The translations under genes and the position numbers were made by a program. From NCBI GenBank assembly GCA_027923505.1, contig BROI01000026.1:186001-250000 (forward strand): a stretch of 64,000 bases of DNA, written 5' to 3'. Positions 22,022-33,445 of the stretch are shown piece by piece. The notes under the pieces were generated by a model, which was not told the DNA's origin, made no database searches, and saw only the letters and a program-made list of their open reading frames with translations. This DNA is from Mayamaea pseudoterrestris (lineage: Eukaryota). How positions within the stretch are numbered: position 1 is the first letter of the stretch; every line of letters starts with the position of its first letter.

Positions 22022-24269
22022 ATGTCTTCGCAAGTGGCTCGTATAGCCGCGGCAGTACTTTTGCTGCACCATTATGCTCACTCAGCCGACGAATCGAACC
22101 TCACCGAACAACCTCTTGAATGCGGCTTGTATCTGGCAGAATCAACAATCAAAGGCGCTGGCATGGGTATTTTTGCTGGCAAAGAATATAATGTGGGGCA
22201 AGATGTTGGACGAGGAGACGTTTGCATACCGTTCGTCGACATGTACTGGTGAGTCGAGCGACGCGTGACGGAATGTGACGCTAAAAGTTAACACTTGCCA
22301 GCGCCAGATGGAGAAGAACCTGCAATGTGCGGCTACTGATAACGATTAGATGATGTATGCAGTGCAGTCATTTACACAATGTTAAGATGTCATTCATACA
22401 AGACGTGCAAAAGAATTGATGCAAATATGTTCCTGTGACACCTCAGCTGGCACTCATCATCTGCGACAACACTTTTTCTTACTCTTTCATAGGCACAATG
22501 ATGATAACTTCTTCCCTAACCCTTTCTATAATTATTTTTGGAACGGTGGATCTATGGGCATGCATTTCGAGACGGATACAGGAGACATTGAAGCCTATTG
22601 TCCTGGATTAGACTGTGCCATCAACTGCCATCAAGGATTACTAAATGTTGGTAAATCATTTCCCGATTACGACGAAGGCAAGCTACACCGATCACTCGAC
22701 CCAGGCGCTGGTACATTTACACCATATCACAATGGAACTACAAAAGTGATTCGAGATATACCTGCTGGAGGCGAGTTGTTTAAAGATTATGGGCCAGATT
22801 GGTTTGATCATCGATACCACATATTTGGGCAAATGCCATTCGCGGACAACTACGATGACGCGCGAGAGCTTTTGCAAAGCATGGTAGAGCTCAAAACTTT
22901 CAAACAACATGAGCCAGTCCTTGCAGATTTGTATCAGCTTATGCGAGGACTTTCGAAGAAGGATCTGTACGATAGCCGAACATTGAATGCATTACCGGAA
23001 CGGCTCGAAGATGCCATTGAAGCTACCAAGCCACTAAAGGACTTGGGATCGATACTTCAGCCAAGCTATACGCACAGTTTGGCATACCTTCAAGAGCACG
23101 GCAAGTGCATTGACCATTTGGTGCCCAAACAATCCACCATTTCGCAAGCCAATCGAGGGGCCTTTGCGACCCGCAACTTACCAAAAGGCACCATTGTAAC
23201 AGCATCGCCCTTGCACCACGTTCCAGATAAGAAGTTTGCCAACATGTATAATTTTGCGCAGGTTGACGGTACATGGATGCGTGTGATGGATCAAATTGTT
23301 GGCAAACAGCTGGTCCTCAACTATTGCTTTTCGCATCCCGCAACGACGCTTATGCTGTGCCCGTATGGGTCGCAAATCAACTACATTAACCATGACCGGG
23401 AGCGAGCCAATGTGCGAGTTCAGTGGGCCACCAATTTTGCGGTTGGTCACAATCAAAGTGTTGTGGATCACGGCGATTTCGAGTTTTTGCGATCGACTGA
23501 GCGACCAGTGCTGGCCTTTGATTATGTTGCTATCAAGGATATTGCCGAAGGTGAAGAAGTGTTTCTGGACTATGGGGATGACTGGATCAAGGCCTGGGAA
23601 GCGCACGTGGCGACTTTCCGACCGGTTACTGGCGCCGACAAGTACACGTCGGCCCATCAATGGGATCGTGAGATGCGAGACGCGCTGATTCGCACGCAGT
23701 ATGAGCAAACGTTTGACCCATACCCTGCGCATATGGAGATTCGCTGTCATTCAGGACTGATGAATGCGCACGGCATGGTGGACTATGAGTGGTACCCAAA
23801 TGACTATGGCCTACCTTGTCAAGTGACGAGTCGCATAGAAGAGAATAACACGCATCTGTATACGGTTGATTTGATTTGGGAGGCTGGCAAGAATGGTCGA
23901 GATACAGAGTATCGAATGGAACGAGCCGGTGTACCGCGCAAGTCCATACACTTTTTCAACCGACACCATACCACAGACATTCACTTGCCGAATGCTTTTC
24001 GACATCCGATTGGGATACCGGACGATATACTTCCAACTGGATGGAAAAACGTCAAGATGGGCGGAGACGACAGAATCACTTCCTTGCTCGATACCAGGGT
24101 GACACAGGAGCAAATGAGCAATTTTGCCGTCGTTGACTCTGATTTGTACGATGGTGATGACGATGAGATTGACAATGACGACGATAACGACAACGGCGAT
24201 GAAGATGACGATGAGGATGATGGAGTGGGTAACGATGCTAGCAGTATAGCCGACTACGACGAATTGTAA
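22022..24269 (+). CDS. ER-lumenal tandem SET-domain-like protein, 2 exons (intron 22249-22492)
   Basis: Signal peptide; CGLYLAESTIKGAGMGIFAG, AINCH, RDIPAGGELFKDYG, STISQANRGAFA, YINH and DIAEGEEVFLDYG (two SET-like modules); acidic tail ending YDEL. Confidence 0.85.
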
Positions 24270-24544
24270 ACGTCGATCGGCTCCGCCTTTTGGCAGGCTC
24301 ATCGGAAATTGAAAAGGGGGTTCTATAAAAGAGCTTGTTTTAGTTGGATTGCATACTGGGAACATATGGTCCTGTTGTGAGCAAGGTTATGGCGGTTAAT
24401 TCTTTCAATGGAAAATTTAATTCTATTCAGTCATTTATATAAAAGACCATGCCACCCGTTTTTCTGTGCTAATAGTTGTAGCGGGGCAACTTAAACACTA
24501 CGGCAGGTTGCTTGTCGTGCATAAATAATCATGCTCGTTCGCCT

Positions 24545-25873
24545 CTACAAATTAACTTGCTGATCAACGTAGCTCTTAAACTTGGAAACAAACAACTCGG
24601 CGCCCCTTGTCAAGTCTTCCATACTGAGATAAGCAAAGCATAGACGCAGCGATTGTCTAAGCTCGACTGCGAGTGCATCCAGGGAGTCGCCGTTCGATTT
24701 GCTGCGGTCAGAGGCAACGAGACACTGTGTGCCGAGCAGAAAAGTCAAGTCGGGCTGACAATAGCTCAAAAATTGCTCGGCCTCAAACGGCAGTATCACC
24801 CAAAGAAAATAGCCGCCGCATGGTTTGCAAGGTAGTTGTATGCGCGACTCCTTAACAAGTATCGCAACAAGGACTTTCGCTCGGTTTGCATAGGCAAGGC
24901 ACAGCTTGTCCAACACGCCATCACAAATCCGCTGCCGCAAAGCGTTACAGAACATATGACCCATGAATGGAGCGACTCCACCTTGGCTGACAATGTAACC
25001 ATACTGCTTTATTGCATCAACGACCGTACAAGGTGCCTCGATCCAGCCGAGACGAACGCCAGGCGCAAAAATCTTGGTAAAACTTGATACCGAGCAGCAT
25101 CCGTACAACAGCGACCGAATATCCGTTGATTGATTGGTTTGCTCAAGAGATGTAAAAACATCTGATACATCGTCTTGTTGCGTGGCATTAAACATGGCCA
25201 TCCGAGCTGGTCGTCTAATTCCATCGTCTCTGCCATTTCCGTTGTCGTTGCGATAGTCAAGCAAGTGATAGACTTCATCTGCCACAACGAGAAATTGGTA
25301 TTGTCGAGCCAGCTTGGCGATCCGAAAGCGATGCTTCAAAGGCATGGTTCGACCGGTGGGATTCTGATGCGTCGGAACAATGTATAGAATCCGAGGTAGT
25401 GGACGAGATGAAGCGACACAATCACTCAACTGCGCTTCTAATGCGTCCATATCGACGACTCCAGCATGTTGCATCGGCAGTGACTCTATTATAAGTCCAT
25501 GGCTTTGGAAAATGTTGGCGGCCAAGAAGTAGGTAGGATCCTCTACCCAGACTCTGTCGTTGGGTTGCGTCGCGACGGCGCAGAGTAATTCAATGCCATG
25601 ACTGACTCCACCCGTTACAAAGAAAGAATTCGATGTACACGCAGGACCCTCATCGTTGAGGCATTGTCGTTGAAGGAAGAATTGAAGTTCTTGAAGCAGG
25701 TTTGCTTGTCCGGCCTCGTCGCCGTAGTTGAGTGACGCTTGGAGTGCTTGCTCGTCGTCGTCGGACGATAACGTTGAGTCGGAAGACCCTACTCGATTCA
25801 ATAAAGCCTTCATTTCTTGAACTGGTACCAGATCCCTATTCGGATGGCCCTTGGCAAAGTTGAAGGTCGTCAT
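24545..25873 (-). CDS. PLP-dependent aminotransferase class I/II (ARO8/MocR-like)
   Basis: NFAKGHP, HQNPTG, ADEVY and SFTKIFAPGVRLGW (PLP lysine) motifs. Confidence 0.9.
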   Translation of the reverse strand: MTTFNFAKGHPNRDLVPVQEMKALLNRVGSSDSTLSSDDDEQALQASLNYGDEAGQANLLQELQFFLQRQCLNDEGPACTSNSFFVTGGVSHGIELLCAVATQPNDRVWVEDPTYFLAANIFQSHGLIIESLPMQHAGVVDMDALEAQLSDCVASSRPLPRILYIVPTHQNPTGRTMPLKHRFRIAKLARQYQFLVVADEVYHLLDYRNDNGNGRDDGIRRPARMAMFNATQQDDVSDVFTSLEQTNQSTDIRSLLYGCCSVSSFTKIFAPGVRLGWIEAPCTVVDAIKQYGYIVSQGGVAPFMGHMFCNALRQRICDGVLDKLCLAYANRAKVLVAILVKESRIQLPCKPCGGYFLWVILPFEAEQFLSYCQPDLTFLLGTQCLVASDRSKSNGDSLDALAVELRQSLRLCFAYLSMEDLTRGAELFVSKFKSYVDQQVNL

Positions 25874-25994
25874 AGCGAGCGCCTTTTGTCAGTCGGAGCT
25901 AGGAGAAAGCGAGATTTGGTTGATGATTGTGCGAAGTTGACGAGACTTTCAAGTCGCTCATACATATACACCATTTTTTGGTTACTATTGCCTT

Positions 25995-26352
25995 GAAACG
26001 AGTGCCAGTGTCAAATACGTAGTTAGGCAATAGTACGAAACAAGTGCCAGTGAAAACTACGTCATAAGACAATACACCGAAACGGGTGCCAATGAAAACT
26101 ACGTCACGAGACTATAGTGCGAAACGAGTGCCAGTGAAAACTACGTCATTAGGCAATATTGTGAAACGAGTGCCAGTGAAAACTACGTCATAAGACGAAA
26201 CGGGTGCCAGTGTCAATTACGTCATCAGGCAATAGTACGAAACGAGTGCCAGTGTCAATTACGTCATCAGGCAATAATACGAAACGAGTGCCAGTGTCAA
26301 TTACGTCATAAGGCAATAGTACGAAACGAGTGCCAGTGTCAAAAACGTCATA
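25995..26352. repeat. 42-bp minisatellite, 9 copies, in the divergent promoter
   Basis: Consensus gaaacgagtgccagtgtcaattacgtcatNaggcaatagtac. Copies start at 25995, 26037, 26079, 26121, 26163, 26197, 26239, 26281 and 26323. Confidence 0.95.
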
Positions 26353-26499
26353 TGTGAGTAGTTGTCTTACTGTTAAAACGTATTACCGGTTTTGGTTTGC
26401 GTTCATCATTCGCACGTTTGCGCGTCTCGCGGCCATGGATGCATTGCAGTACTTGCAGTAGTAGTAGTCAACGAATGTACCATTGAATATATTTTATCT

Positions 26500-27345
26500 A
26501 TGATGGAAATTGATGCAGCTCCCGCTGACACTTTAGTAGACGTAGTAGACGCAGTATCGCAGGCTGCTGCCGCTGCAGTGGCCGACGCTGTCGCCCAAGC
26601 CGTCCTTGCCGAGCAGCCGATTGTCGATCAGCAGCAGTCATATTTGCCTGCAGATCCAGAAACATTGCCGGCGGGATGGGTCAAGAAGCTGTCGCAGTCG
26701 CAGCCAAATTGTTTTTACTATTTCAACTACGAGGCAGGCTTGTCGACTTGGCAGAGACCAAACTCTGTATCGGAAGATGGCGACGACGAGGACCAGCAAG
26801 TGGACGACGATCAGCAGGCCGATGACTTGATTAATCAACCAAGTATGGAATCAGTCGAATCAACGCCGGGCAATGGAGCAGAGGAAAAGGACGCTACATC
26901 TTCCAATAAGCGTTCCATTGTCGAAGATACCTCGGCCGATTCTGCTGCTGCTGCTCCACCGGCTGCCAAGCGCACCAAGACGACTCCAAAAGAGGTTCGT
27001 GTTTTGCACATTTTGAAAAAGCACAAGGACTCGCGAAAACCATCCTCCTGGCGAGTACCTCACATTACGCAGACACTGGAACAAGCTCGAGTTGAATTAT
27101 CCGACATTATATCCTTGCTGCAGGAAGTCCAGGATCATCCGGAGGAACTGCGAGCCACCTTTCAGGAGCTGGCCCGAACGGAAAGCGACTGCAGCAGCGC
27201 CAAGCGAGGCGGCGACTTGGGATTCTTTGGACCGCGCAAAATGCAACCAGCCTTTGAGAAGGCGTCCTTTGCATTGGAGATTGGAGAAATGAGTGGTTTG
27301 GTTGAAACGAGTAGTGGAGTGCATACGATTCTGCGAATTGGATGA
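26500..27345 (+). CDS. PIN1: Pin1/Ess1 parvulin peptidyl-prolyl isomerase with WW domain
   Basis: LPAGWVKKLSQSQPNCFYYFNYEAGLSTWQRP (WW domain); HILKKHKDSRKPSSW, ESDCSSAKRGGDLGFFG, MQPAFE and SGVH motifs. Confidence 0.93.
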   Translation: MMEIDAAPADTLVDVVDAVSQAAAAAVADAVAQAVLAEQPIVDQQQSYLPADPETLPAGWVKKLSQSQPNCFYYFNYEAGLSTWQRPNSVSEDGDDEDQQVDDDQQADDLINQPSMESVESTPGNGAEEKDATSSNKRSIVEDTSADSAAAAPPAAKRTKTTPKEVRVLHILKKHKDSRKPSSWRVPHITQTLEQARVELSDIISLLQEVQDHPEELRATFQELARTESDCSSAKRGGDLGFFGPRKMQPAFEKASFALEIGEMSGLVETSSGVHTILRIG

Positions 27346-27416
27346 ATGAATGATTGTTTTATTAGCTAATTTGATTAGTAGAAAAGCTTTACTACGATAA
27401 ATGAATCGTTTACGTA

Positions 27417-28457
27417 TTATATATCAGACTGGGCCGACATTGTCGTCACTGCTGACTTTGGCTCGTCAAAGACTTTGTATAGCTGGTGCGTATAATACTT
27501 TGGTCGATCATCCAGTCGAAAGTGCAGCCAGGCGACTCCAGTCCCGGACGTGCTCCACCATACCGGTTGACTTGCCTTTATTGTCCACCGCTGCAGCATA
27601 CTTGACGCAGCCAGCGACCAAAGGCTCCGGACTTGGTTCGCCGGAGCATGTCGCACAAACTTGGCCAAGTGACCATAGGAAGAAGCGTCATTCAACGGTT
27701 TCGGTACAACCAGCAATGCATCCTTGCCTAGATTATCAAAAGCGCAAGACAATGCATCTTGTTGACAAGCTTGAAACTGCGCTGCAAATGCTTGCGAATT
27801 AGGTGACTCGTCGGCAAAGTCTGCCAAATCGGGAGCATCGACAAGAACAAACTCAAATGACTTCGTCAAACATGTTTCCGCATTGACTGGGGGTGTTTCA
27901 AAAAAGACTGCCTTGAATGGAGCGTCTTGAATGAGTTTGGTGAGTGAGTCTGCAGCATGAGTCGTTGAGCCGCTTGCTTCCACTGCTGATGCATCTGCCA
28001 TGTGCCTTGCCCACTGATGAAACGACAATGGCTTGCCGGCTGCATCAAGTGCTTGATACTTGACAAAGGATGCTCCGTTTGCATGTTTGCCTTCTTCCGT
28101 TCGTTTGTAAAATATTTTAGTTTTTAGTTTTGTCTTTGCCATGATTTCATTCGTTGCTGATTCAATCAGATTCGCAGTACTTGTAGCAGGCGAGTTCTCT
28201 GCTGTCTGCTGCTGCTGCTGATTGTTATTACTACTATTATTTGACTTCTTCAACGAGCCTTGCTGCTGATGCTTCTTATTGAGTAACTTGACGGCGGCTT
28301 GCCTAGTTGGAGTGCGAAACCTTAGCGTAAAGAGTATTCCAAAGGTAATCCAAAATACAACGCACGGGTTCCTCCAGCAGCTACTGCTGCGCCGATGCTT
28401 GCTATTGCTAGTAGCACTATTTGAACGTGATGATCTTGGCTGACAGACCTGCGGCAT
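27417..28457 (-). CDS. Membrane-anchored protein with a DUF6940-like domain
   Basis: N-terminal TM; AVFFETPP, FEFVLVD, FDNLGKDALLVVP, YGHLAKFVR and WWSTSGTGVAWLHFRLDDRPKYY. The family name is recalled from memory, not searched. Confidence 0.7.
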   Translation of the reverse strand: MPQVCQPRSSRSNSATSNSKHRRSSSCWRNPCVVFWITFGILFTLRFRTPTRQAAVKLLNKKHQQQGSLKKSNNSSNNNQQQQQTAENSPATSTANLIESATNEIMAKTKLKTKIFYKRTEEGKHANGASFVKYQALDAAGKPLSFHQWARHMADASAVEASGSTTHAADSLTKLIQDAPFKAVFFETPPVNAETCLTKSFEFVLVDAPDLADFADESPNSQAFAAQFQACQQDALSCAFDNLGKDALLVVPKPLNDASSYGHLAKFVRHAPANQVRSLWSLAASSMLQRWTIKASQPVWWSTSGTGVAWLHFRLDDRPKYYTHQLYKVFDEPKSAVTTMSAQSDI

Positions 28458-28641
28458 GATCCATTTCAACTAATAGTTACTGTAGCTTTCTATTGTCAGC
28501 AGGAGCAAATAGCGTTGAGATCATGGCGAAGTTGCGATGCTCCAAATCGTGGCGAATATCATTACCGGTACGATCCATTTTCATTTTCGCTTTGGAAGCG
28601 TTGGAACCCATCAATCAACGCGTCAGTTTCACCATGGAAGG

Positions 28642-30444
28642 ATGTCGATCAAGCGGAGCGGCCAGTGGCGCAGTATACTCCTGAGACACTGTCTCGTCTT
28701 GCTACTACTTGTCTTGCAAAACATTCCTCATAGTCCCTGCCAAGCCGACGCCTTTACGTTTCTGCGATCATTTTCCGTTCGTACAAAATCCCATTCATCG
28801 CCCGCACCTTTTCATCGCCGCACCAGCAGCCGACTGCAAGATTCGCTCTGCAATAGCGCCGTGAATGCTACCAGTCTCGACAATCTACCAGCTGAAGCCA
28901 GCATTGCTGCTCCCTTTATATCCAAGTCTACGCGAGGATCATCAACTAATAACCGCCGTCAGCTTGACCTCATGTGGTGCCAGGAGGAATATTGCAAGGA
29001 TGCTGTCCGCGAACGAGTCGTTGGACATAATAACCAAATCTATTTGAATGGACCAGCGACTGGACAAGTCGCATATCACTGGACGACGCGTGACGATGAG
29101 AGTGCAAAGTCTATTATCAATGACTCTGCCAAGACTGATGTTCCCTTGAATCAGCAAGCACTTCCCACTGTACTGTTGCTCATTCGACCTGGAGACGATG
29201 ACTTACTTTGTATTGCAGCAAATGCTGTCAAGAAACTGACTTGTGATGAGAAACATTCCAATGTGCGCGTACTGCTTGATCCAAGCACGGCGGCTCGTCT
29301 CAAGTACTATCACGGAGTTGGAGACGATCATATTTGCTTGTTTGAAGTCAAACCGACGCCTGGTTACGGAAGTGATCTGAGCAGTAGCAGCGCGAATAGT
29401 CCACGGAGTAGCAGCAACAATAAGAAGCTTTCCGCAACTGTTCGTTACGATGATATTGACAAGCTTGTTCCAAATACAGAATACACTCCAGATCTTATCT
29501 GCACACTGGGCGGAGACGGCTTGCTGATGCATGCCGGCATGATCTTTCAGGGACCTGTTCCACCCATTCTGTGCGTTTCCGGCGGAAGCCTTGGGTTCCT
29601 GACGCCCTTTCGACCGGAGGAAATGGTGGATGCCATTCGGGTGGCTTTGGGATTAGTGACGCAGGATGAAGACTGCAACATTTTGAACAGTGACAACGAC
29701 AAGAATGGCACTGGGCCAAAGCCGCATCGTGACATGGGCGACAATGTGTATCCACCAAACATGCCCAGCTATCCCTATGAGCCGCTAGGCAAGCCTCCTG
29801 CAGCAATTGCAGCACCGTCTGCTGCTGGACAAGTCAATGGTGGTGACGTTGCAGCAGCATCAACGCAACTTCCGCCATTCTCCTTTGGCCGCGATAATCG
29901 CATTTGCCTTTCCATTCGAATGCGACTCGAGTGCACCGTCATTTCTCGCGAAGGAACTGTTCGGGCGCGGTATAATGTTTTGAATGAAGTTGTTGTGGAT
30001 CGAGGTAGCAGTCCATATCTTGCTGCACTGGAATGCTTTTGCGACGATGTTCACTTGACAACGGTGCAAGCGGATGGAGTCATTTTTGCAACTCCGACGG
30101 GCAGCACGGCATACTCGCTGGCGGCAGGCTCGTCCGTGGTTCATCCGGCTGTACCATGCATACTAGTGACGCCCATTTGTCCGCACGTGCTTTCGTTTCG
30201 ATCCATGGTTTTTCCGGATCATGTTGTGTTGCGATGTTACGTTCCCGATGACGCAAGGGCAGTTGCCTCAGTAGCGTTTGATGGCAAGCATCGACAGGAA
30301 TTGGCGCGAGGTGACTCTGTGCAGATTCGCATGAGCCCGTACCCGGTGCCGACGATAAATCGAGACGATCATTCATCGGACTGGTTGTCGAGCTTGAAGC
30401 GAAACTTTAACTTTAACTCGAGAGCTAGGCAACAACCGCTTTGA
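28642..30444 (+). CDS. NAD(H) kinase, probably plastid-targeted
   Basis: LGGDG, GSLGFL, LNE, QADG and TPTGSTAYS motifs; bipartite leader ...CQADA|FTF. Confidence 0.92.
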   Translation: MSIKRSGQWRSILLRHCLVLLLLVLQNIPHSPCQADAFTFLRSFSVRTKSHSSPAPFHRRTSSRLQDSLCNSAVNATSLDNLPAEASIAAPFISKSTRGSSTNNRRQLDLMWCQEEYCKDAVRERVVGHNNQIYLNGPATGQVAYHWTTRDDESAKSIINDSAKTDVPLNQQALPTVLLLIRPGDDDLLCIAANAVKKLTCDEKHSNVRVLLDPSTAARLKYYHGVGDDHICLFEVKPTPGYGSDLSSSSANSPRSSSNNKKLSATVRYDDIDKLVPNTEYTPDLICTLGGDGLLMHAGMIFQGPVPPILCVSGGSLGFLTPFRPEEMVDAIRVALGLVTQDEDCNILNSDNDKNGTGPKPHRDMGDNVYPPNMPSYPYEPLGKPPAAIAAPSAAGQVNGGDVAAASTQLPPFSFGRDNRICLSIRMRLECTVISREGTVRARYNVLNEVVVDRGSSPYLAALECFCDDVHLTTVQADGVIFATPTGSTAYSLAAGSSVVHPAVPCILVTPICPHVLSFRSMVFPDHVVLRCYVPDDARAVASVAFDGKHRQELARGDSVQIRMSPYPVPTINRDDHSSDWLSSLKRNFNFNSRARQQPL

Positions 30445-31320
30445 TGAATCCTGAGTTTGGCATGTGTTGTATGAACGAATGGTGCGTTGAAGATGCTATG
30501 AGTCCTATAAACCCCGGCTGTAAACTAGCGGTCCAATGATTCAAAATTACTATGTGAGGCCCCGTTGTTTTGCGTTTGAATGCCTCTCTGGTTGAGGTGT
30601 TTACGCGTCGGAGCTGGGACTACGTCGACCGTTTGCTGCAGCGGCTTCGTGGTTGAGGCCCTTTTGTGCTGCAGTGATGGGTTGACATGGTGGACGATGT
30701 AATTGTGCATCGTCGGCTGATGTAATCTATGGTTTATGAGATATGAGGACTAGTGTTTGCTGAGTTGATTGTGAAAACTTTCTGTGCTGCTCGCATATGC
30801 TCACACAATATTATGACTCTTTTTGTTCGTCAGGTGCGAAGAATGTGGCAATAATGGTCATATAGTTCACGCGTTTCATTTTTAAGACGATGCTGCATAA
30901 CCCTTTTTCTCTGGAGGCTACGTCCGACCTAGTTAAGATTGACGAAGCGAGAAGGTGAGACATCGCATGCGGATTGCTGAAAACGTAAAAAAATGCCAAC
31001 GGGGAGCAATGATTCCTCGATGTGCTATTGAACGCACCCGCACTTGCTTACGAATAACTTAAACTCTTGGCAAACTACCCAATTAAATTATTAAGGTATA
31101 TCACAGCACAGTCTTGTTGATACTATGAGAGCGCAGCGCAAGCACTGAGTGGTTATCTTTTCGTATTAAGCATTTCAAAGGCAGACATGTGCATGTTGAC
31201 ACACTGTGACTGTGTACAGCGACTTGTACAGCTTTCAAGCTCCACCATCGCCTTAACCTACCTCGTGTACTCTTCTTGAGCGCCATGATCGCTGGTGTCG
31301 GCTGATTGTACCAAGCAGCT

Positions 31321-33261
31321 TTAGTGCTCGTGCTCATCATTGTCAATGGCATTGTACTGATCTGCGTCACGCTGAAACAGTCTCTCAATTTCCTCTAAAT
31401 GCAAGCCCTTGGTCTCGGGCAATGCAAAGTAGAGCCACGCAAAGCCAGCACTTGCAACGCAGCCATACATCCAAAACGCCCCGTAGATTGTCAAAACGCT
31501 CGGGCTACTCAGCGACAGAAACGTGGCAGCGACGAGGAGGTTGCACACCCAATTGACGGCCGTGCTGACGCTAACGCAGAGCGATCGATGTTTTAAGTGG
31601 TAAATTTCGCTGTTGATGGTCCAAGGCAATCCTCCCATGCCAATCCCGAACGACAAAAGATAGGCAACCATAAAGAGGGCTGACCACCATCCATGCTGGT
31701 TAGAACAAAGATCATATTGCCAGTCCGACTCAGCTGGGCAAGTGTCGATTGAAAACGGCGCTTGCTCATCGCCAGGGGCGCAACGTCCACCGCAGAACCC
31801 GCATCCGTTAATGCTGGTGCAGTCGTAGCAGTATTTTGTGACTCCACTCCAAACGAAACTCGGTTGATACCCGCAGTTGCCCTCGCTCTTTGTTACAAGC
31901 TCGGATGAAACCCGCGTCCAGTAGAACGTCAGCCCCAGTCCCATGAGACTAACCGAGACGGCCCCAAGCGATCCAAGGACCAATTCGCGTCGGCCCAACC
32001 GATCCACTAGCATTATGCTAATAGCAATGCCAACCACTTGTGCTAGTGCGGTGAATCCAGATAGCCATACCGAAGTTGTGTCGTCAAACCCAGTCATCCT
32101 ATATATTGTCGCTGCAAAATACATGACAGTATTGATCCCCGACAATTGCTGAATCACCATGAGCCCGCAACCCAGAACGAGGGCACGTCGGGTCGGTGCA
32201 TCGGCAAGAATAATGGCGAGTCTTTGATGAAAGGATTCATTCTGGATGTGGTCGTTGTGGCTTGCAGATGATAGAGATAATCTTGCTGTCCCGTAATCAT
32301 GCTCCGGCGCAACATTCTCGGGATGGACATTATCCCTATCAACAGTGGTACCATCGTTTTCTCGTATCCGTGCAAGTGTTGTCACGGATTGTAAAATTTC
32401 AACAAGCTCCGCATTAGCGTCATCGTCCGAATCTCGCACAGTCTTCAAAACATTCGCAGCTTCCTCCGTTTGTCCCACCATGGCGAGCCATCTTGGTGAC
32501 TCTGGTAGAGTGATAAATCCATACAACATGACGCAAGCAGGAACTATCGCCAGTCCTAACATCCATCTCCATCCTCCAGTATTTGGCATCCATTCTTCAA
32601 AGATTCCATCCACCATGCCAGCTCCAAACTGCCCAAACGTCACCAGCAAGGCATTCACCGTTACCAATTGGCCTCGCATCTTTGGTGGAGCAACTTCAGC
32701 AATATAAATGGGAGTTGTCAGCGACGCCATGCCAATGCCAATTCCAACGATCAGTCGACCGATTATCAATGTCCAAAAGTCAATCGCGCATGAGAGAATG
32801 ATTGAACCGATTCCAATGATCCCAGCCGACCAAACAATCGTTCGTCGTCTTCCATACTTGGTAGCAGTCACTCTTCCAATGCCAATGGCTCCAACTGCTG
32901 CTGCAAGTACCGTGCTGCTGACAATCATTTGTGGTTCCCAGTTTGTTTTCCACTGGAAGCGGCGCTGCATTGGCAGCAAGGCTCCGCTGATAACTCCAGT
33001 ATCGTAGCCAAAGAGGAAACCTCCCATGGCTGCCATGAATGTTAATCGCTGAATGGTACTTTGGACTTGATGAGAGCGGATTCGGCGCTGGCCTTCAGTG
33101 ATCCAAGAAGACGACTTGAAGGACTTGTCATTTTCAGGTGACAGTGGAGAAACGAGTGGAACAGACTCTTGCTGCTCATTGTCATGCTCTTCAACTTCAT
33201 CCTCAACATTCATGAAGCAATTAACACTTGTATTTGTGCTGCTATCAGTCTGGAGCGCCAT
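31321..33261 (-). CDS. Proton/myo-inositol symporter (HMIT/INT, MFS sugar porter)
   Basis: GGFLFGYDTGVISG, PESPRWL, QQLSGINTVMY and PETKG motifs; Cys-rich extracellular loop CYDCTSINGCGFC typical of HMIT/INT. Confidence 0.92.
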   Translation of the reverse strand: MALQTDSSTNTSVNCFMNVEDEVEEHDNEQQESVPLVSPLSPENDKSFKSSSWITEGQRRIRSHQVQSTIQRLTFMAAMGGFLFGYDTGVISGALLPMQRRFQWKTNWEPQMIVSSTVLAAAVGAIGIGRVTATKYGRRRTIVWSAGIIGIGSIILSCAIDFWTLIIGRLIVGIGIGMASLTTPIYIAEVAPPKMRGQLVTVNALLVTFGQFGAGMVDGIFEEWMPNTGGWRWMLGLAIVPACVMLYGFITLPESPRWLAMVGQTEEAANVLKTVRDSDDDANAELVEILQSVTTLARIRENDGTTVDRDNVHPENVAPEHDYGTARLSLSSASHNDHIQNESFHQRLAIILADAPTRRALVLGCGLMVIQQLSGINTVMYFAATIYRMTGFDDTTSVWLSGFTALAQVVGIAISIMLVDRLGRRELVLGSLGAVSVSLMGLGLTFYWTRVSSELVTKSEGNCGYQPSFVWSGVTKYCYDCTSINGCGFCGGRCAPGDEQAPFSIDTCPAESDWQYDLCSNQHGWWSALFMVAYLLSFGIGMGGLPWTINSEIYHLKHRSLCVSVSTAVNWVCNLLVAATFLSLSSPSVLTIYGAFWMYGCVASAGFAWLYFALPETKGLHLEEIERLFQRDADQYNAIDNDEHEH

Positions 33262-33445
33262 TGTAAAGCGTGAATGCGCCTGCCAACGAGAGCAATGATT
33301 GCCATGGTCGAACGAAAGGCGTCAAGGATTTTAGCGCGCTTGGCAGTACTATTTTCTCAATACTCAATCTTTGCTCTATACACAACGTCATCAATGGGTC
33401 ATTATGACTCTTTCAACCAATAAGATCACCGAATCAACTTGCGTT

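Noticed and set aside
25995..26352. Hammerhead ribozyme or CRISPR repeats in the 42-bp minisatellite (GAAAC, CTGATGA words)
   Set aside because: CTGATGA is on the minus strand and GAAAC on the plus strand, so no hammerhead core can form. The inter-repeat bases are near-identical rather than unique spacers.
30450..31320. Short ORFs in the convergent gap between the NAD kinase and the inositol transporter
   Set aside because: They are under 100 aa with no recognisable domain or convincing splice structure.
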